From positions 256,001-320,000 of the forward strand of contig CAXXMU010000001.1 in NCBI GenBank assembly GCA_963667785.2: a stretch of 64,000 nucleotides of DNA, given 5' to 3'. The stretch is from Alphaproteobacteria bacterium (GTDB taxonomy: Bacteria; Pseudomonadota; Alphaproteobacteria; UBA828). Of this stretch, positions 51,511-62,664 are shown piece by piece. The translations under genes were made by a program, and so were the position numbers. Under the pieces are notes generated by a model that had not been told where the DNA came from, did not search any database, and saw only the letters and a list, made by a program, of their open reading frames with translations. How positions within the stretch are numbered: the first letter of the stretch is position 1; each line of letters begins with the position of its first letter.

Positions 51511-52982
51511 CGCGGCCCGCGCTCCGGCAGCGGCCAGGGGTTCGCGGCGGGCCACGGCTCGGCCCTGTGGTCGGCATCCTCCAGCGCGTCCGCCAGCGGC
51601 ACGACGCGGTCGACGTGGCCGCCGAGGGCCGCGAACTCGGCCAGGCTGAGCGTGAACTCGATGGGGGCGACCAGCGCCGGCGTCGGCACGTAGCCGAAGG
51701 CATCGGCCGGCATGCGGGTCACGTCCACCATGAAGGTGATGCCGCCGCCGGGCCAGACGTGGACCGGCGCGCCGCCGGCGGTGACGCGGGTGAGCGCGTC
51801 CTTGATGGAGCGGGTGAGCCGCACCGGGTTCTCGGTGACGCCCGCGCGCAGGCTCCCGCCCGCGCCCGCCATGAAGAGCACGGTGCAGAGCGCGGGCTCG
51901 CAGTTCTCGGCGATGCGCTCCACCACGGTCTCGATCGCCGCCGGCATCGGCGCGGGCCGCGGCGTCAGCGTCTCGTCCAGCTCGAACCAGGCGGCGTCCT
52001 CGCCGGTGGTGGAGACCATGTGGAGCCTGAGCCCCGGCCACGCCTTCTTCGGGTCGATCCTCTCGATGATCTCCAGCGGATCGTCGATGTCGGTGGCGGC
52101 CCAGCCGCGCCCCTTGCGCGCCACCTGGAAGTAGCGCCCCGGCGTCGAGCGGCGACCCCGCACGCGGATTCCGCTGGGCGGCATGTCGAGGAAGCGCCCG
52201 GCCTGGTGCTCGGTGAGAACGCCGGTGATCTGGTCGTCGACCACGATCACCTCGTCGGCATGGCCGTGCCACTGGCGCGCGAACATGCCCATGGCGGCGG
52301 AGCCGCAGCCGGCCCGCATGCGCTCCTCGCGCTGGCCGTCCACCACCGGCGCCGCGCCCGCCTGGACGACGAGCTCCGCCCCGCCGTCCACCGTGAGCGT
52401 CGCCGGCTTGCCGTTGCAGAGGTCGAGCAGGGCGGCGCAGGTGACGGTGCCCTCGCGCTTGCTGCCGCCGGTGAAGTGCCGCACGCCGCCCAGCGAGAGC
52501 ATCTGCGAGCCGTACTCGGCCGTGGTGACGTGGCCGATGGGCTCGCCGTCGGCCCGCACCGAGGCCTGCTCGGGGCCGACGTGGCGGTCGGTGTCGATCT
52601 TCACCTTCACGCCGCAGTAGCTGAAGATTCCCTCCGAGACGACGGTCACCATGTCCACGCCCGCCGCTTCGCTCGCGATGATGAAGGGGGCGGGCTTGTA
52701 GTCGGGATAGGTGGTGCCGGAGCCGATGCCGGTCACGAAGCGCTCGCGCGGGGCGACCACGCCGCCGTCCCAGTCCTCCGCCCCGTCGAGGAAAGGCACC
52801 AGCGCGTCCGCACGCTCGGTGACGAGCAGCGGGTCCACGCGGGTCAGCGTGCCGCTGACATTGGCGTAGCGGTCGCAGGCGCCGACCTTGCCCTCGCGTA
52901 TGCGGCAGAGCACCGGGCAGGCGTCGCAGCGGATGATGGAGGCGCCGTCCCTGGCCGCGCGCCCAGCCTTCTGCTCGGTCAC
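51507..52982 (-). CDS. 6-hydroxynicotinate reductase-like Fe-S flavoprotein
   Basis: N-terminal CDACPVLC..GACDRY, TTYPDYKPAPF, EGIFSYC, MRAGCGSA, STPGRYF, GSLRAG, WPGGGI. Confidence 0.85.
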   Translation of the reverse strand: MTEQKAGRAARDGASIIRCDACPVLCRIREGKVGACDRYANVSGTLTRVDPLLVTERADALVPFLDGAEDWDGGVVAPRERFVTGIGSGTTYPDYKPAPFIIASEAAGVDMVTVVSEGIFSYCGVKVKIDTDRHVGPEQASVRADGEPIGHVTTAEYGSQMLSLGGVRHFTGGSKREGTVTCAALLDLCNGKPATLTVDGGAELVVQAGAAPVVDGQREERMRAGCGSAAMGMFARQWHGHADEVIVVDDQITGVLTEHQAGRFLDMPPSGIRVRGRRSTPGRYFQVARKGRGWAATDIDDPLEIIERIDPKKAWPGLRLHMVSTTGEDAAWFELDETLTPRPAPMPAAIETVVERIAENCEPALCTVLFMAGAGGSLRAGVTENPVRLTRSIKDALTRVTAGGAPVHVWPGGGITFMVDVTRMPADAFGYVPTPALVAPIEFTLSLAEFAALGGHVDRVVPLADALEDADHRAEPWPAANPWPLPERGPR

Positions 52983-55747
52983 GGGCCGGCCTCCCGCTCC
53001 CTGAGCGCCCGGCGCAGCCGGTGGGGCAGGGCGGGCACCCGGGTGACCCGCACGCCCGTGGCGTGGCGGATGGCGCCGAGGATGGCCGGCGCGGTCGGCA
53101 CCAGGCCCGGCTCGCCCACGCCCTTGGCGCCGAAGGGGCCGAGAGGCTCGGGGTCCTCGACGATGATGACCTCGATCTCCGGCACGTCGCCGATGGTCGG
53201 GATCAGATAGTCGTGCAGGTTCTCGGTCCGGCCCGGCAGATACTCCTCCATCAGCGCGAGCCCGATGCCCTGGGCGATCCCGCCCTCGATCTGGCCCTCC
53301 ACCTGGGTCGGGTTGATGGCGCGGCCGACATCGTGCGCGGCATGGATGCGGACGGGCGTCACGGTTCCGAGCTCGGTGTCCACGTCGACCACGGCGATCT
53401 GCGCGCCGAACGCGTAGGTCGCGTAGGGCTTGCCCTGGCCCTTGGCGTCGAGCGCGGTGGTCGGCGGGTCGAAGCGGCCCGTGCCCTCCAGCACCACGCC
53501 CGCCGCATCGGCCTTCAGCCGGCCGAGGTCGATCTCCGTCCGCCGCGCGCCGTCGCGTACCGTCACGCGCCCGGCCGCGAGCTCGATGCGTGCGCCGTCG
53601 CCGGCATTGGCCTCGCGCAGGATCGCCGCGCGCAGGGCGGCGCCGGCAAGCGCGGCCGCCTTGCCGGAGACGAAGGTCTGGCGCGAGGCGGAGGTCTTGC
53701 CGGCGTCCTCGGTCCAGTCGGTGTCGCCGATCACCTGGGCGATCCGGTCCGCCGCCACGCCGAGGGCATCGGCGCAGATCTGGGCGAGGATCGTGGTCGA
53801 GCCCTGGCCGATATCGACCGCGCCGTTGTAGAGGGTGAGCCGGCCCTCGCGGTCGAGGGCGACGCGCATCGAGGACGGGTTGCTGAGCGCGGTGTTGCCG
53901 ATGCCGTACCACATGCAGCCGATGCCGGCGCCGCGCCGCAGCGGGCCGCCCTGCCGGTTGGCCTGCGCGGCGTCCTCGAGCGCGCGCTGCCAGCGGGCCG
54001 CGAGCGCTTCCAGGCAGGGGGCGAGCCCGGCGCTCGCCTCCAGCACCTGGCCCGTCGCGGTCGCATCGCCGACACGGATCGCGTTCTTCAGGCGCATCTC
54101 CAGCCGGTCCATGCCGAGCCCGTCCGCGAGGTCGTCCATCAGCGCCTCGTGGGCGATGGCGGCCTGGGGCACGCCGAAGCCGCGGAAGGCACCGGCGGGC
54201 GGCCCGTTGGTATAGAAGGCCCGGCCGCGCGCCGAGACGTGAGGCACGGCGTAGGGGCCCGAAGCGTGGATTGGCACGCGGCTCGCCACGGTCGGCCCCC
54301 AGGAGGCGTAGGCGCCGGTGTCGAAGGTGGCATCGAACGCGACCGCCTGCAGCCTGCCGTCGGAATCGCAGCCGAAGCGCGCCTCGATCGCCGTGGGATG
54401 GCGCTTGGGGCTCGCCATCATGCTCTCGGGCCGCTCGTAGACGCAGGCGACCGGCTTGGCCGTGAGCCAGGCGGCGAGCGCCGTGAGCGGCTGGACCGAG
54501 ACGTCGAGCTTGCCGCCGAAGCCGCCGCCGCAGGCGCTCGGCACGATCCGCACTTGCGTGGGCGCGAGGCCCAGCACCTCGGCCGTCGAGTCCCGGTTCA
54601 TCACCGGCGTCTGGGTCGAGACGAAGAGCTCGACTCGCCCGCCTGCCCGCCTCGCCCAGCCGGCCTCGGGCTCGATGTAGGCGTGCTCGACGAACGCGGT
54701 CTCGAAGCGTCCCCCGGCCGTCACCGCCGCACCCGCCAGCGCTGCTTCCGCGTCCCCGCGCTCGACCCCGCCCTCGATCAGGCGGTTGCCCTCGGCGTCA
54801 TCGTGGACGAGCGGCGCGGCGGGCGCGCGGGCCTCGTCCAGGCCGTGCACGGCCGGCAGCGGCTCGTAGGCGATCGGCAGGTCCGCGTCGCGCAGCGCCG
54901 TCACCGCCTCGCGCGTGCCCACCAGCGCCGCGACGGGATCGCCCCGGTAGCGCACGAGACCCTCGGCCAGCACCGGCTGGTCCCGCAGGTCGGGGTAGAT
55001 GCCGACACGGTTGTAGGGCACGTCGGCGGCGGTAAGCACGCGCTCCACGCCGGGCCGGGCGGCGGCCACCGCCTCCAGGTCGCCGAGGGTGACTCGCGCC
55101 GAGTCATGAGGCGAGCGGACGATCCTGAGCCAGAGCGCGTCGGCCGGCACGGCGTCGGCGCCGTAGCGCTCGGCGCCGGTGAGCTTGGGCATGCCGTCCG
55201 GCTTCGGCATGCGGGCGCCGACGGCGGCGCCGGCAGGGGGTGCCGCGAGCGGCAGCGGGCCGTCGCCCGCCGCGTCCAGCACCGCCGCCACGATCTTGCG
55301 ATAGCCCGTGCAGCGGCAGAGGACGCCGCCGAGGCCGTCCATCACCTCCGCCGGGCGGGGGCGGGGAGAGGCGCGCAGCAGTTCCGTCGCGGCGATCAGC
55401 ATGCCGGGCGTGCACGCGCCGCATTGCGCCGCGCCGTGGCGCAGGAAGGCCCGCTGCAGGCGGTTCAGCCGGCCGTTCGCGGCAAGCCCTTCCACGGTGG
55501 TCACGTGGCGCCCTGCGGCCTGGGCCAACGACACCATGCAGCTACAGACCTGTTCGCCGTCGAGCAGCACCGTGCAGGCGCCGCAGTCGCCGGCGTTGCA
55601 GCCGACCTTGGTCCCGGTCAGGCCGAGATCGTCGCGCAGCGCATCGGCGAGGCGACGGAGCGGCGGCGCGGCGACGGCGACCTCGCGCCCGTTGACCGTG
55701 AACGCGGTGGTGCCGTCGCTCGCGGCGCACGTGCCGTTCCCGCTCAC
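52979..55747 (-). CDS. Xanthine oxidase-family molybdo-hydroxylase with fused 2x[2Fe-2S] and Mo-binding subunits (nicotinate dehydrogenase-like)
   Basis: GCNAGDCGAC..C, QCGACTPG, LCRCTGY, GGGFGGK, AFRGFG, GAKGVGE. Confidence 0.9.
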   Translation of the reverse strand: MSGNGTCAASDGTTAFTVNGREVAVAAPPLRRLADALRDDLGLTGTKVGCNAGDCGACTVLLDGEQVCSCMVSLAQAAGRHVTTVEGLAANGRLNRLQRAFLRHGAAQCGACTPGMLIAATELLRASPRPRPAEVMDGLGGVLCRCTGYRKIVAAVLDAAGDGPLPLAAPPAGAAVGARMPKPDGMPKLTGAERYGADAVPADALWLRIVRSPHDSARVTLGDLEAVAAARPGVERVLTAADVPYNRVGIYPDLRDQPVLAEGLVRYRGDPVAALVGTREAVTALRDADLPIAYEPLPAVHGLDEARAPAAPLVHDDAEGNRLIEGGVERGDAEAALAGAAVTAGGRFETAFVEHAYIEPEAGWARRAGGRVELFVSTQTPVMNRDSTAEVLGLAPTQVRIVPSACGGGFGGKLDVSVQPLTALAAWLTAKPVACVYERPESMMASPKRHPTAIEARFGCDSDGRLQAVAFDATFDTGAYASWGPTVASRVPIHASGPYAVPHVSARGRAFYTNGPPAGAFRGFGVPQAAIAHEALMDDLADGLGMDRLEMRLKNAIRVGDATATGQVLEASAGLAPCLEALAARWQRALEDAAQANRQGGPLRRGAGIGCMWYGIGNTALSNPSSMRVALDREGRLTLYNGAVDIGQGSTTILAQICADALGVAADRIAQVIGDTDWTEDAGKTSASRQTFVSGKAAALAGAALRAAILREANAGDGARIELAAGRVTVRDGARRTEIDLGRLKADAAGVVLEGTGRFDPPTTALDAKGQGKPYATYAFGAQIAVVDVDTELGTVTPVRIHAAHDVGRAINPTQVEGQIEGGIAQGIGLALMEEYLPGRTENLHDYLIPTIGDVPEIEVIIVEDPEPLGPFGAKGVGEPGLVPTAPAILGAIRHATGVRVTRVPALPHRLRRALREREAGP

Positions 55748-56589
55748 ATCATGCTCCCGAGCTCGGCGAGCGTGCGCGCCGTCAGCGTCCGTGCCGCATC
55801 GAGGCGATAGGCAGCGGAACCGCGCGCATCGTCGAGCGGCGCAAGCGGCGCCATGTGCGCGTCCGTCACGGCCCGGCCGAGCGATTCGTCGCAGTTGCGG
55901 CCGAGGAGCGCCTCCTCCAGCGCCGGCAGGCGGCGCGCCACCGGCGAGCAGGCGCCGACCGCGACCGCGGCGCGCACGATGCGGCCGTCCGCGTCCGTCT
56001 CCAGCGCCGCCGCCGCCATGACGATCGAGATCACCAGGTAGCGCCGGGCGCCGAGCTTGAGGAAGTGCCCGCGCGCCCGCTCCGCAGCGGGCCTGGGCAC
56101 GCGCACCGCCAGCATGAGCTGGTCCGGCGCGAGCGCCGTCTCGCGGTTGCCGCGGATGAAGGCGGCGAGCGGCATGGTCTCCCGCCGCTCGTGCGAGGCG
56201 AGCTCCACCTCGGCGCCGAGGCTGAGCAGCACCGGCACACCGTCGGCGGCGGGCGAGGCGTTGCAGAGATTGCCGCAGAGCGTGCCGGCGTTCTGCACCT
56301 GGCGGCCGCCGATCTCGAGCGCCGCCAGCTTGAGGCCGTCGAACCAGGGGGGCAGGTCGGCCCGGACGATATCGGTCCAGGTCGCGAGCGCAGGAATGCG
56401 CCAGTGGTCCGCGCGCTCCTCGATCGCGCGCATCGAGTCGAGCGCGGTGATGTCGAGGACGGGCTCGTCGAGCGGCTTGCCCACCCGCGCCGGGTAGAAG
56501 TCGGTGCCGCCGGCCAGCACCGTCAGCCGCCGGCTGCCGAGCGCCGCCAGCGCATCGTCGAGGGCGGTGGGACGCAGGTAGTCCGGCAT
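55744..56589 (-). CDS. FAD-binding subunit of the Mo-hydroxylase
   Basis: AGGTD, IGGRQVQNAGTLCGN..NASPAAD, FLKLGAR, RGSAAYR. Confidence 0.92.
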   Translation of the reverse strand: MPDYLRPTALDDALAALGSRRLTVLAGGTDFYPARVGKPLDEPVLDITALDSMRAIEERADHWRIPALATWTDIVRADLPPWFDGLKLAALEIGGRQVQNAGTLCGNLCNASPAADGVPVLLSLGAEVELASHERRETMPLAAFIRGNRETALAPDQLMLAVRVPRPAAERARGHFLKLGARRYLVISIVMAAAALETDADGRIVRAAVAVGACSPVARRLPALEEALLGRNCDESLGRAVTDAHMAPLAPLDDARGSAAYRLDAARTLTARTLAELGSMM

Positions 56590-56608
56590 CACGGCAGCCT
56601 CATCTCGC

Positions 56609-56626
56609 TTTCCATGATACCGGAAA
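56609..56626. promoter_or_regulatory. Candidate operator overlapping a -10-like box of the Mo-hydroxylase operon
   Basis: TTTCC-ATGATACC-GGAAA inverted repeat; the minus strand contains TATCAT; about 20 nt upstream of the ATG. Confidence 0.45.
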
Positions 56627-56685
56627 TGCCGGCTCTCCACGCCCGGCGGCCGTATCCGGCCGGGGCGAGGCCCGGCGCGGCTGCG

Positions 56686-57321
56686 TCAGGCGCCGGGGTC
56701 GGGGAGGCGCGCCCCGTAGAGCCATGGCTGGGCGGCCCTCTGCCTCGCCTCGAAGGCGTCGATCTCGGCGGCCCTGGCGAGCGTGATGCCGATATCGTCG
56801 AGCCCGTTCAGCAGCCGGTGCTTGCGGAAGGGCTCGATCTCGAAGGCGACGGTCTCGCCGTTCGAGCGCGTGATGGTCTGGGCTTCCAGGTCCACCGCCA
56901 TCCGGCAGGTCTGCGCGTTGCCGGCGTCGGCCGTCAGCGTGTTCGTGTCATCCTCGGGCAGCGCGACGAGCAGGATGCCGTTCTTGACGCAGTTGTTGAA
57001 GAAGATGTCGGCGAAGCTCGGCGCGATCACGCAGCGGATGCCGAAGTCCTCGAGCGCCCAAGGCGCGTGCTCGCGGCTCGACCCGCAGCCGAAGTTCTGG
57101 CCGGCGACAAGGATGCAGGCCTCGTTCCAGGGCGCCCGGTTGAGGACGAAGTCCGGAACCGGGCGGTCCTCCATGTCGTAGCGGAAGTCGTGGAAGAGGC
57201 CCTTGCCGAGCCCGGCACGGCTGATCGCGGTGAGGTACTGCTTGGGGATGATCTGGTCGGTATCGACGTTGATCATCGGCAGCGCCGCCGCCGGGCCCGA
57301 GAGGGTCGTGAAGGTGCGCAT
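56686..57321 (-). CDS. leuD: 3-isopropylmalate dehydratase small subunit
   Basis: [31 protein letters not shown]. Confidence 0.92.
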   Translation of the reverse strand: MRTFTTLSGPAAALPMINVDTDQIIPKQYLTAISRAGLGKGLFHDFRYDMEDRPVPDFVLNRAPWNEACILVAGQNFGCGSSREHAPWALEDFGIRCVIAPSFADIFFNNCVKNGILLVALPEDDTNTLTADAGNAQTCRMAVDLEAQTITRSNGETVAFEIEPFRKHRLLNGLDDIGITLARAAEIDAFEARQRAAQPWLYGARLPDPGA

Positions 57322-57333
57322 GACGGGCCCTCC

Positions 57334-58758
<1,425 letters not shown>

Positions 58759-58781
58759 CCTCCGGCGCCGGCGGCGCGCGG

Positions 58782-59198
58782 TCACTCGGTGGGCGCGGCC
58801 TCTTCGCTCGTCCGGGCAGCGGCCTTCCTGGCGCCGCGGTCGTCCCGCTTCTCGCGGATCCGCGCCGCCTTGCCGCGCAGGCCGCGCAGGTAGTAGAGCT
58901 TGGCGCGGCGCACCGCCCCCCGCTTCACCACCTCGATCTTCGCGATGCGCGGCGAATGGAGCGGGAAGACCCTCTCCACCCCCTCGCCGTAGGAGATCTT
59001 GCGGACCGTGAAGGAGGAGTTGAGGCTGCGGTTGCGCCGCGCGATGCAGACGCCCTCGAACACCTGCACCCGCTCGCGCGAGCCTTCCACCACCTTGACG
59101 TGGACGCGGAGGGTATCGCCGGGGGCGAACGAGGGGACCTCCCGCGCCTCCGTGAGCTTCTCCACGGCCTCGGCGTTCAACTGCTCGATCATGTTCAC
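58782..59198 (-). CDS. rplS: 50S ribosomal protein L19
   Basis: [37 protein letters not shown]. Confidence 0.98.
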   Translation of the reverse strand: MNMIEQLNAEAVEKLTEAREVPSFAPGDTLRVHVKVVEGSRERVQVFEGVCIARRNRSLNSSFTVRKISYGEGVERVFPLHSPRIAKIEVVKRGAVRRAKLYYLRGLRGKAARIREKRDDRGARKAAARTSEEAAPTE

Positions 59199-59202
59199 GG
59201 CA

Positions 59203-59982
59203 CTATCCTCGCGTATCCTGGCGCGTCGCGCCTGTGGGCGCGCCCGCACAGCGCCGCGCCTGGTGACGCGCCCAGAGATCGGCGCGTCGCGTTCTGGTCA
59301 CCTGCTCCGCCTGCGCCCGCCGCCAGGCATCGACGGCGGCATGATCGCCGGAGAGGAGCACCTCCGGCACGGCCCGGCCCTCGAAGAGGCGCGGGCGGGT
59401 GTAGTGCGGATACTCCAGCAGGTCGTCCTCGAAGCTCTCCTCGACCAGCGAGGCGGGCCGGCCCACCACGCCGGGCAGCAGCCGCACGCAGGCGTCGATC
59501 ACCGCCATCGCCGCGATCTCCCCGCCCGAGAGCACGTAGTCGCCGACGCTGAGCTCGGCAACGCCACGGCCTTCCAGCACACGCTCGTCGACTCCCTCGA
59601 AACGGCCGCAGACCAGCAAGATGCCGGGGCCGTTCGCCAATTCCTTCACCCGGTCCTGAGCGAGCGGCGCACCGCGCGGCGAAAGCAGGAAGCGCGGCAC
59701 ATCGCCCGCCGCCGGCTGCACCGAATCGATGGCCGCTGCCAGGACATCGGCGCGCATGACCATGCCCGCCCCGCCGCCGAACGGGTGATCGTCGACGGTG
59801 CCGTGTTTATCGCGCGCGAAGCGGCGGATGTCCACCGTTTCCAGCCGCCAGAGGCCGGAATCCAGGCTGCGGCCCGCCAGCGCGGTGCCGAGAGGGCCGG
59901 GAAAGACCTCGGGAGAGAGCGTGAGCACATGAGCGCACCACGGCGCGCCCGTCCGTCCGCCCGCCTGCCCGCCTGCCGTCAC
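59203..59982 (-). CDS. trmD: tRNA (guanine37-N1)-methyltransferase
   Basis: [39 protein letters not shown]. Confidence 0.97.
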   Translation of the reverse strand: MTAGGQAGGRTGAPWCAHVLTLSPEVFPGPLGTALAGRSLDSGLWRLETVDIRRFARDKHGTVDDHPFGGGAGMVMRADVLAAAIDSVQPAAGDVPRFLLSPRGAPLAQDRVKELANGPGILLVCGRFEGVDERVLEGRGVAELSVGDYVLSGGEIAAMAVIDACVRLLPGVVGRPASLVEESFEDDLLEYPHYTRPRLFEGRAVPEVLLSGDHAAVDAWRRAQAEQVTRTRRADLWARHQARRCAGAPTGATRQDTRG

Positions 59983-60575
59983 GATCCCTCCTCCGCCGTG
60001 GTGGCGACCACCATGCGGCCAGCCTCGATGTCGACGGCCGGCACGTGCTCGCGCGTGAAGGGGACGAGGGTGGAGGGGCCGTTCGCCGGCTGAATCTCGA
60101 CGATCGGGCCGGCGCCGTGGTCGTGGATCGCGCTGACCCGACCGATCGCGTCGCCCGATGCGCTCTCCGCCCGCAGCCCGAGAAGGTCCACGTGGTAGTA
60201 CTCGTCGCCCTCGGTGGGCGGCAGCAGCGCGCGGGCGACGTGGAGGTCGGTCCCGCGCAGGGCGTCCGCCGCGTCGCGATCGTCCACGCCCTCGATCCGG
60301 GCGAGCAGCAGCCCCTTGACGTGCCCGGTGAGCGCGAGAGCGAAGCGCCGCGACCCGTCCGCGTCGGCGAGCGGGCCGTAGGCGGCGAGATCGTCCGGGT
60401 TCTGGGTGTGGCTGCGCACGCGAACGATGCCGCGCACGCCGTGGGCGCCGACGATGCGCCCGACGCAGACCGTCCGCGACCGCTCCGGCCCGGCCGGCTC
60501 CGGCGCGGCCGGGGTGGCCGTGGCGCCCGCGCCGGCCGCGGCCTCAGTCGCCGGCTTTCTCTTCCTCTCCGCCAT
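59979..60575 (-). CDS. rimM: Ribosome maturation factor RimM
   Basis: [36 protein letters not shown]. Confidence 0.95.
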   Translation of the reverse strand: MAERKRKPATEAAAGAGATATPAAPEPAGPERSRTVCVGRIVGAHGVRGIVRVRSHTQNPDDLAAYGPLADADGSRRFALALTGHVKGLLLARIEGVDDRDAADALRGTDLHVARALLPPTEGDEYYHVDLLGLRAESASGDAIGRVSAIHDHGAGPIVEIQPANGPSTLVPFTREHVPAVDIEAGRMVVATTAEEGS

Positions 60576-61098
60576 CGTCTGCAGCGGCCTCGCCGGGTGC
60601 CGCCTCCTCGGCGGCTGCCTCTTCCGGAGTTGCCTCCTCGACGGCCGCCTCTTCCGGAGCGGCCTCCTCAGGCGCGGCCTCTTCAGGAGCGGCCTCCTCG
60701 GGCGCGGCCTCTTCAGGAGCAGCCTCCTCGGGAGCGGCTTCCTCGGCGGCGCTGGCTGCCGCCGCCTTTTCCGCCCGTGCCGCCTCGCGCTCCAGCGCCT
60801 TCGCCCTGGGCTGGCCCTTCTGGGGATTGTTGCGCTGCGCCGGCATCGGGATGATCTCGGCGGCGCCGAGGAAGCGGGCGACACGGTCGGACGGCAGCGC
60901 GCCGACGTCCAGCCAGTGGCGCACGCGCTCGACGTTGAGGCGCACGCGCTCAGGATGGTCCTTGGGCAGCATCGGGTCGTAGGTCCCCAGCCGCTCGAGG
61001 AAGCGGCCGTCGCGCGGGCTGCGGCTGTCGGCCACCACCACGCGGTAGAACGGGCGCTTCTTGGCGCCGGCACGGGACAGGCGAATCTTCAGTGCCAT
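60544..61098 (-). CDS. rpsP: 30S ribosomal protein S16 with acidic repeat tail
   Basis: [32 protein letters not shown]. Confidence 0.98.
   Translation of the reverse strand: MALKIRLSRAGAKKRPFYRVVVADSRSPRDGRFLERLGTYDPMLPKDHPERVRLNVERVRHWLDVGALPSDRVARFLGAAEIIPMPAQRNNPQKGQPRAKALEREAARAEKAAAASAAEEAAPEEAAPEEAAPEEAAPEEAAPEEAAPEEAAVEEATPEEAAAEEAAPGEAAADDGGEEEKAGD
60580..60744 (-). repeat. 15-bp tandem repeat (about 11 units) encoding EEAAP in rpsP
   Basis: EEAAP x6, then [25 protein letters not shown]. Confidence 0.9.
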
Positions 61099-61150
61099 GG
61101 TCTCGTTACTCTCCTTGTCCGGGTGTGTCTGGTTGTATCTGGATGTTCGT

Positions 61151-62506
61151 TCAGCGGGGCGGCATCAGGCCGGGCATCCCGGCCCGCATGAGGCCCTTCT
61201 CGCCCAGTTTTCCGGCCCGCTTCATCATGATGTTCATCTGCTTGACCTGCTTGAGCAGGCGGTTCACGTCCTGCACGGAGGTGCCCGAGCCGCCGGCGAT
61301 GCGCCGCTTGCGCGAGCTGTTCAGCAGCTTCGGGTTGCGCCGTTCCAGCGGCGTCATCGAGTTGATGATGGCCTGCTGGCGGTCGAGCAGCGAGAGATCG
61401 AGGTTCGCCTCGGCGAGCTGGCGCTTGACCTTGCCGACGCCGGGCAGCATGCCGAGCAGGCCCTCCATGCCGCCCATCTTCCGCACCTGCTGAAGCTGCT
61501 GGGCGAGGTCGTTCATGTCGAACCCGCCCTTCTTCGCCTTGCGGACCAGCCGCTCGGCCTCCTCCTGCTCGATCGTCTCCTGCGCCTTCTCGACGAGCGA
61601 GACCACGTCGCCCATGCCGAGGATGCGCGACGCGATGCGGTCCGGGTGGAAGGGCTCGATGGCGTCGAGCTTCTCGCCCACGCCGATCAGCTTGATCGGG
61701 CAGCCGGTGACCGCGCGCATGCTGAGCGCCGCCCCACCGCGCCCGTCGCCGTCGACCCGGGTCAGCGCGATCCCGGTGAGGCCGATGCGCTCGTGGAACG
61801 CGCCGGCGACGTTGACCGCGTCCTGGCCGGTGAGCGCATCGGCGACCAGCAGGGTCTCGGCCGGCCCGGCGGCATCCCGCACCGCGGCGCACTCCGCCAT
61901 CAGGTCGTCGTCCACGTGCAGGCGGCCGGCGGTATCGAGCAGGACCACGTCATGGCCCTCCTGCGCGCCGGCCTTCATCGCCCGCCGCGCGATCGCCACC
62001 GCCCCCTGGCCGAACTCGATCGGCAGCACGTCCACCTCCGCCTGCATGCCGAGCACGGCGAGCTGCTCCATGGCCGCCGGCCGGCGGGTGTCGAGCGAGG
62101 CCATCAGCACGCGCTTCTTGTGACTCACGCGCAAGTAACGGCCGAGCTTGGCGGTGGTGGTGGTCTTGCCCGAGCCCTGGAGGCCGACCATGAGGACGGC
62201 GGCGGGCGGGCTGGCGGCGGCGATGGCGATCTCGGCGGTCTCGCCGCCCAGCATCTCGACCAGGTGATCGCTGACGATCTTGATGACCTGCTGGCCGGGC
62301 GCCACGCTCTTCAGCACGTCGGCGCCCACGGCCTTCTCGCGCACGCCGGCGACGAAGTCCTTGACCACCGGCAGCGCCACGTCGGCCTCGAGCAGGGCGA
62401 TGCGCACGTCGCGCAGCGCCGAATCCACGTCGGCCTCGCTCAGCGCGCCGCGCCGCGTCAGCGCCTCGAAGACCCCGCCTAGCCTACCGGACAGACTGTC
62501 GAACAC
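61151..62506 (-). CDS. ffh: Signal recognition particle protein Ffh
   Basis: [47 protein letters not shown]. Confidence 0.98.
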   Translation of the reverse strand: MFDSLSGRLGGVFEALTRRGALSEADVDSALRDVRIALLEADVALPVVKDFVAGVREKAVGADVLKSVAPGQQVIKIVSDHLVEMLGGETAEIAIAAASPPAAVLMVGLQGSGKTTTTAKLGRYLRVSHKKRVLMASLDTRRPAAMEQLAVLGMQAEVDVLPIEFGQGAVAIARRAMKAGAQEGHDVVLLDTAGRLHVDDDLMAECAAVRDAAGPAETLLVADALTGQDAVNVAGAFHERIGLTGIALTRVDGDGRGGAALSMRAVTGCPIKLIGVGEKLDAIEPFHPDRIASRILGMGDVVSLVEKAQETIEQEEAERLVRKAKKGGFDMNDLAQQLQQVRKMGGMEGLLGMLPGVGKVKRQLAEANLDLSLLDRQQAIINSMTPLERRNPKLLNSSRKRRIAGGSGTSVQDVNRLLKQVKQMNIMMKRAGKLGEKGLMRAGMPGLMPPR

Positions 62507-62533
62507 GTGCCGCTCCCGCCCCAACGGGCCTCG

Positions 62534-62562
62534 CGCCGGTGCGCGACACTCGCGGACCGGCG
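62534..62562 (-). promoter_or_regulatory. Structured ffh 5' leader hairpin
   Basis: Plus strand CGCCGGT-G-CGCGA-CAC-TCGCG-G-ACCGGCG nested stem between the promoter and the ffh start. Confidence 0.55.
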
Positions 62563-62607
62563 TCCCTCCTCGAAGGGCAGCCTTTCGAACCCTCTCGAAA
62601 CGGGCGG

Positions 62608-62636
62608 ACCCTAAGCCCGCTCCCTCACCGGGTCAA
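62608..62636 (-). promoter_or_regulatory. Sigma70-type promoter of the ffh-rpsP operon
   Basis: Minus strand TTGACC-17 nt-TAGGGT. Confidence 0.65.
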
Positions 62637-62664
62637 GGCGTCGTTCCGACAGCCTTGCCCCCTG

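Noticed and set aside
58759-58785. GTG-started poly-Arg extension (MTARRRRRR) of leuC as a regulatory leader
   Set aside because: It has no Leu codons or attenuator structure. The ATG at 58758/58752 has a GGAGG SD and matches the usual LeuC N-terminus.
60580-60744. Tandem repeat as a CRISPR array
   Set aside because: 15-bp in-frame coding units, no unique spacers and no cas genes.
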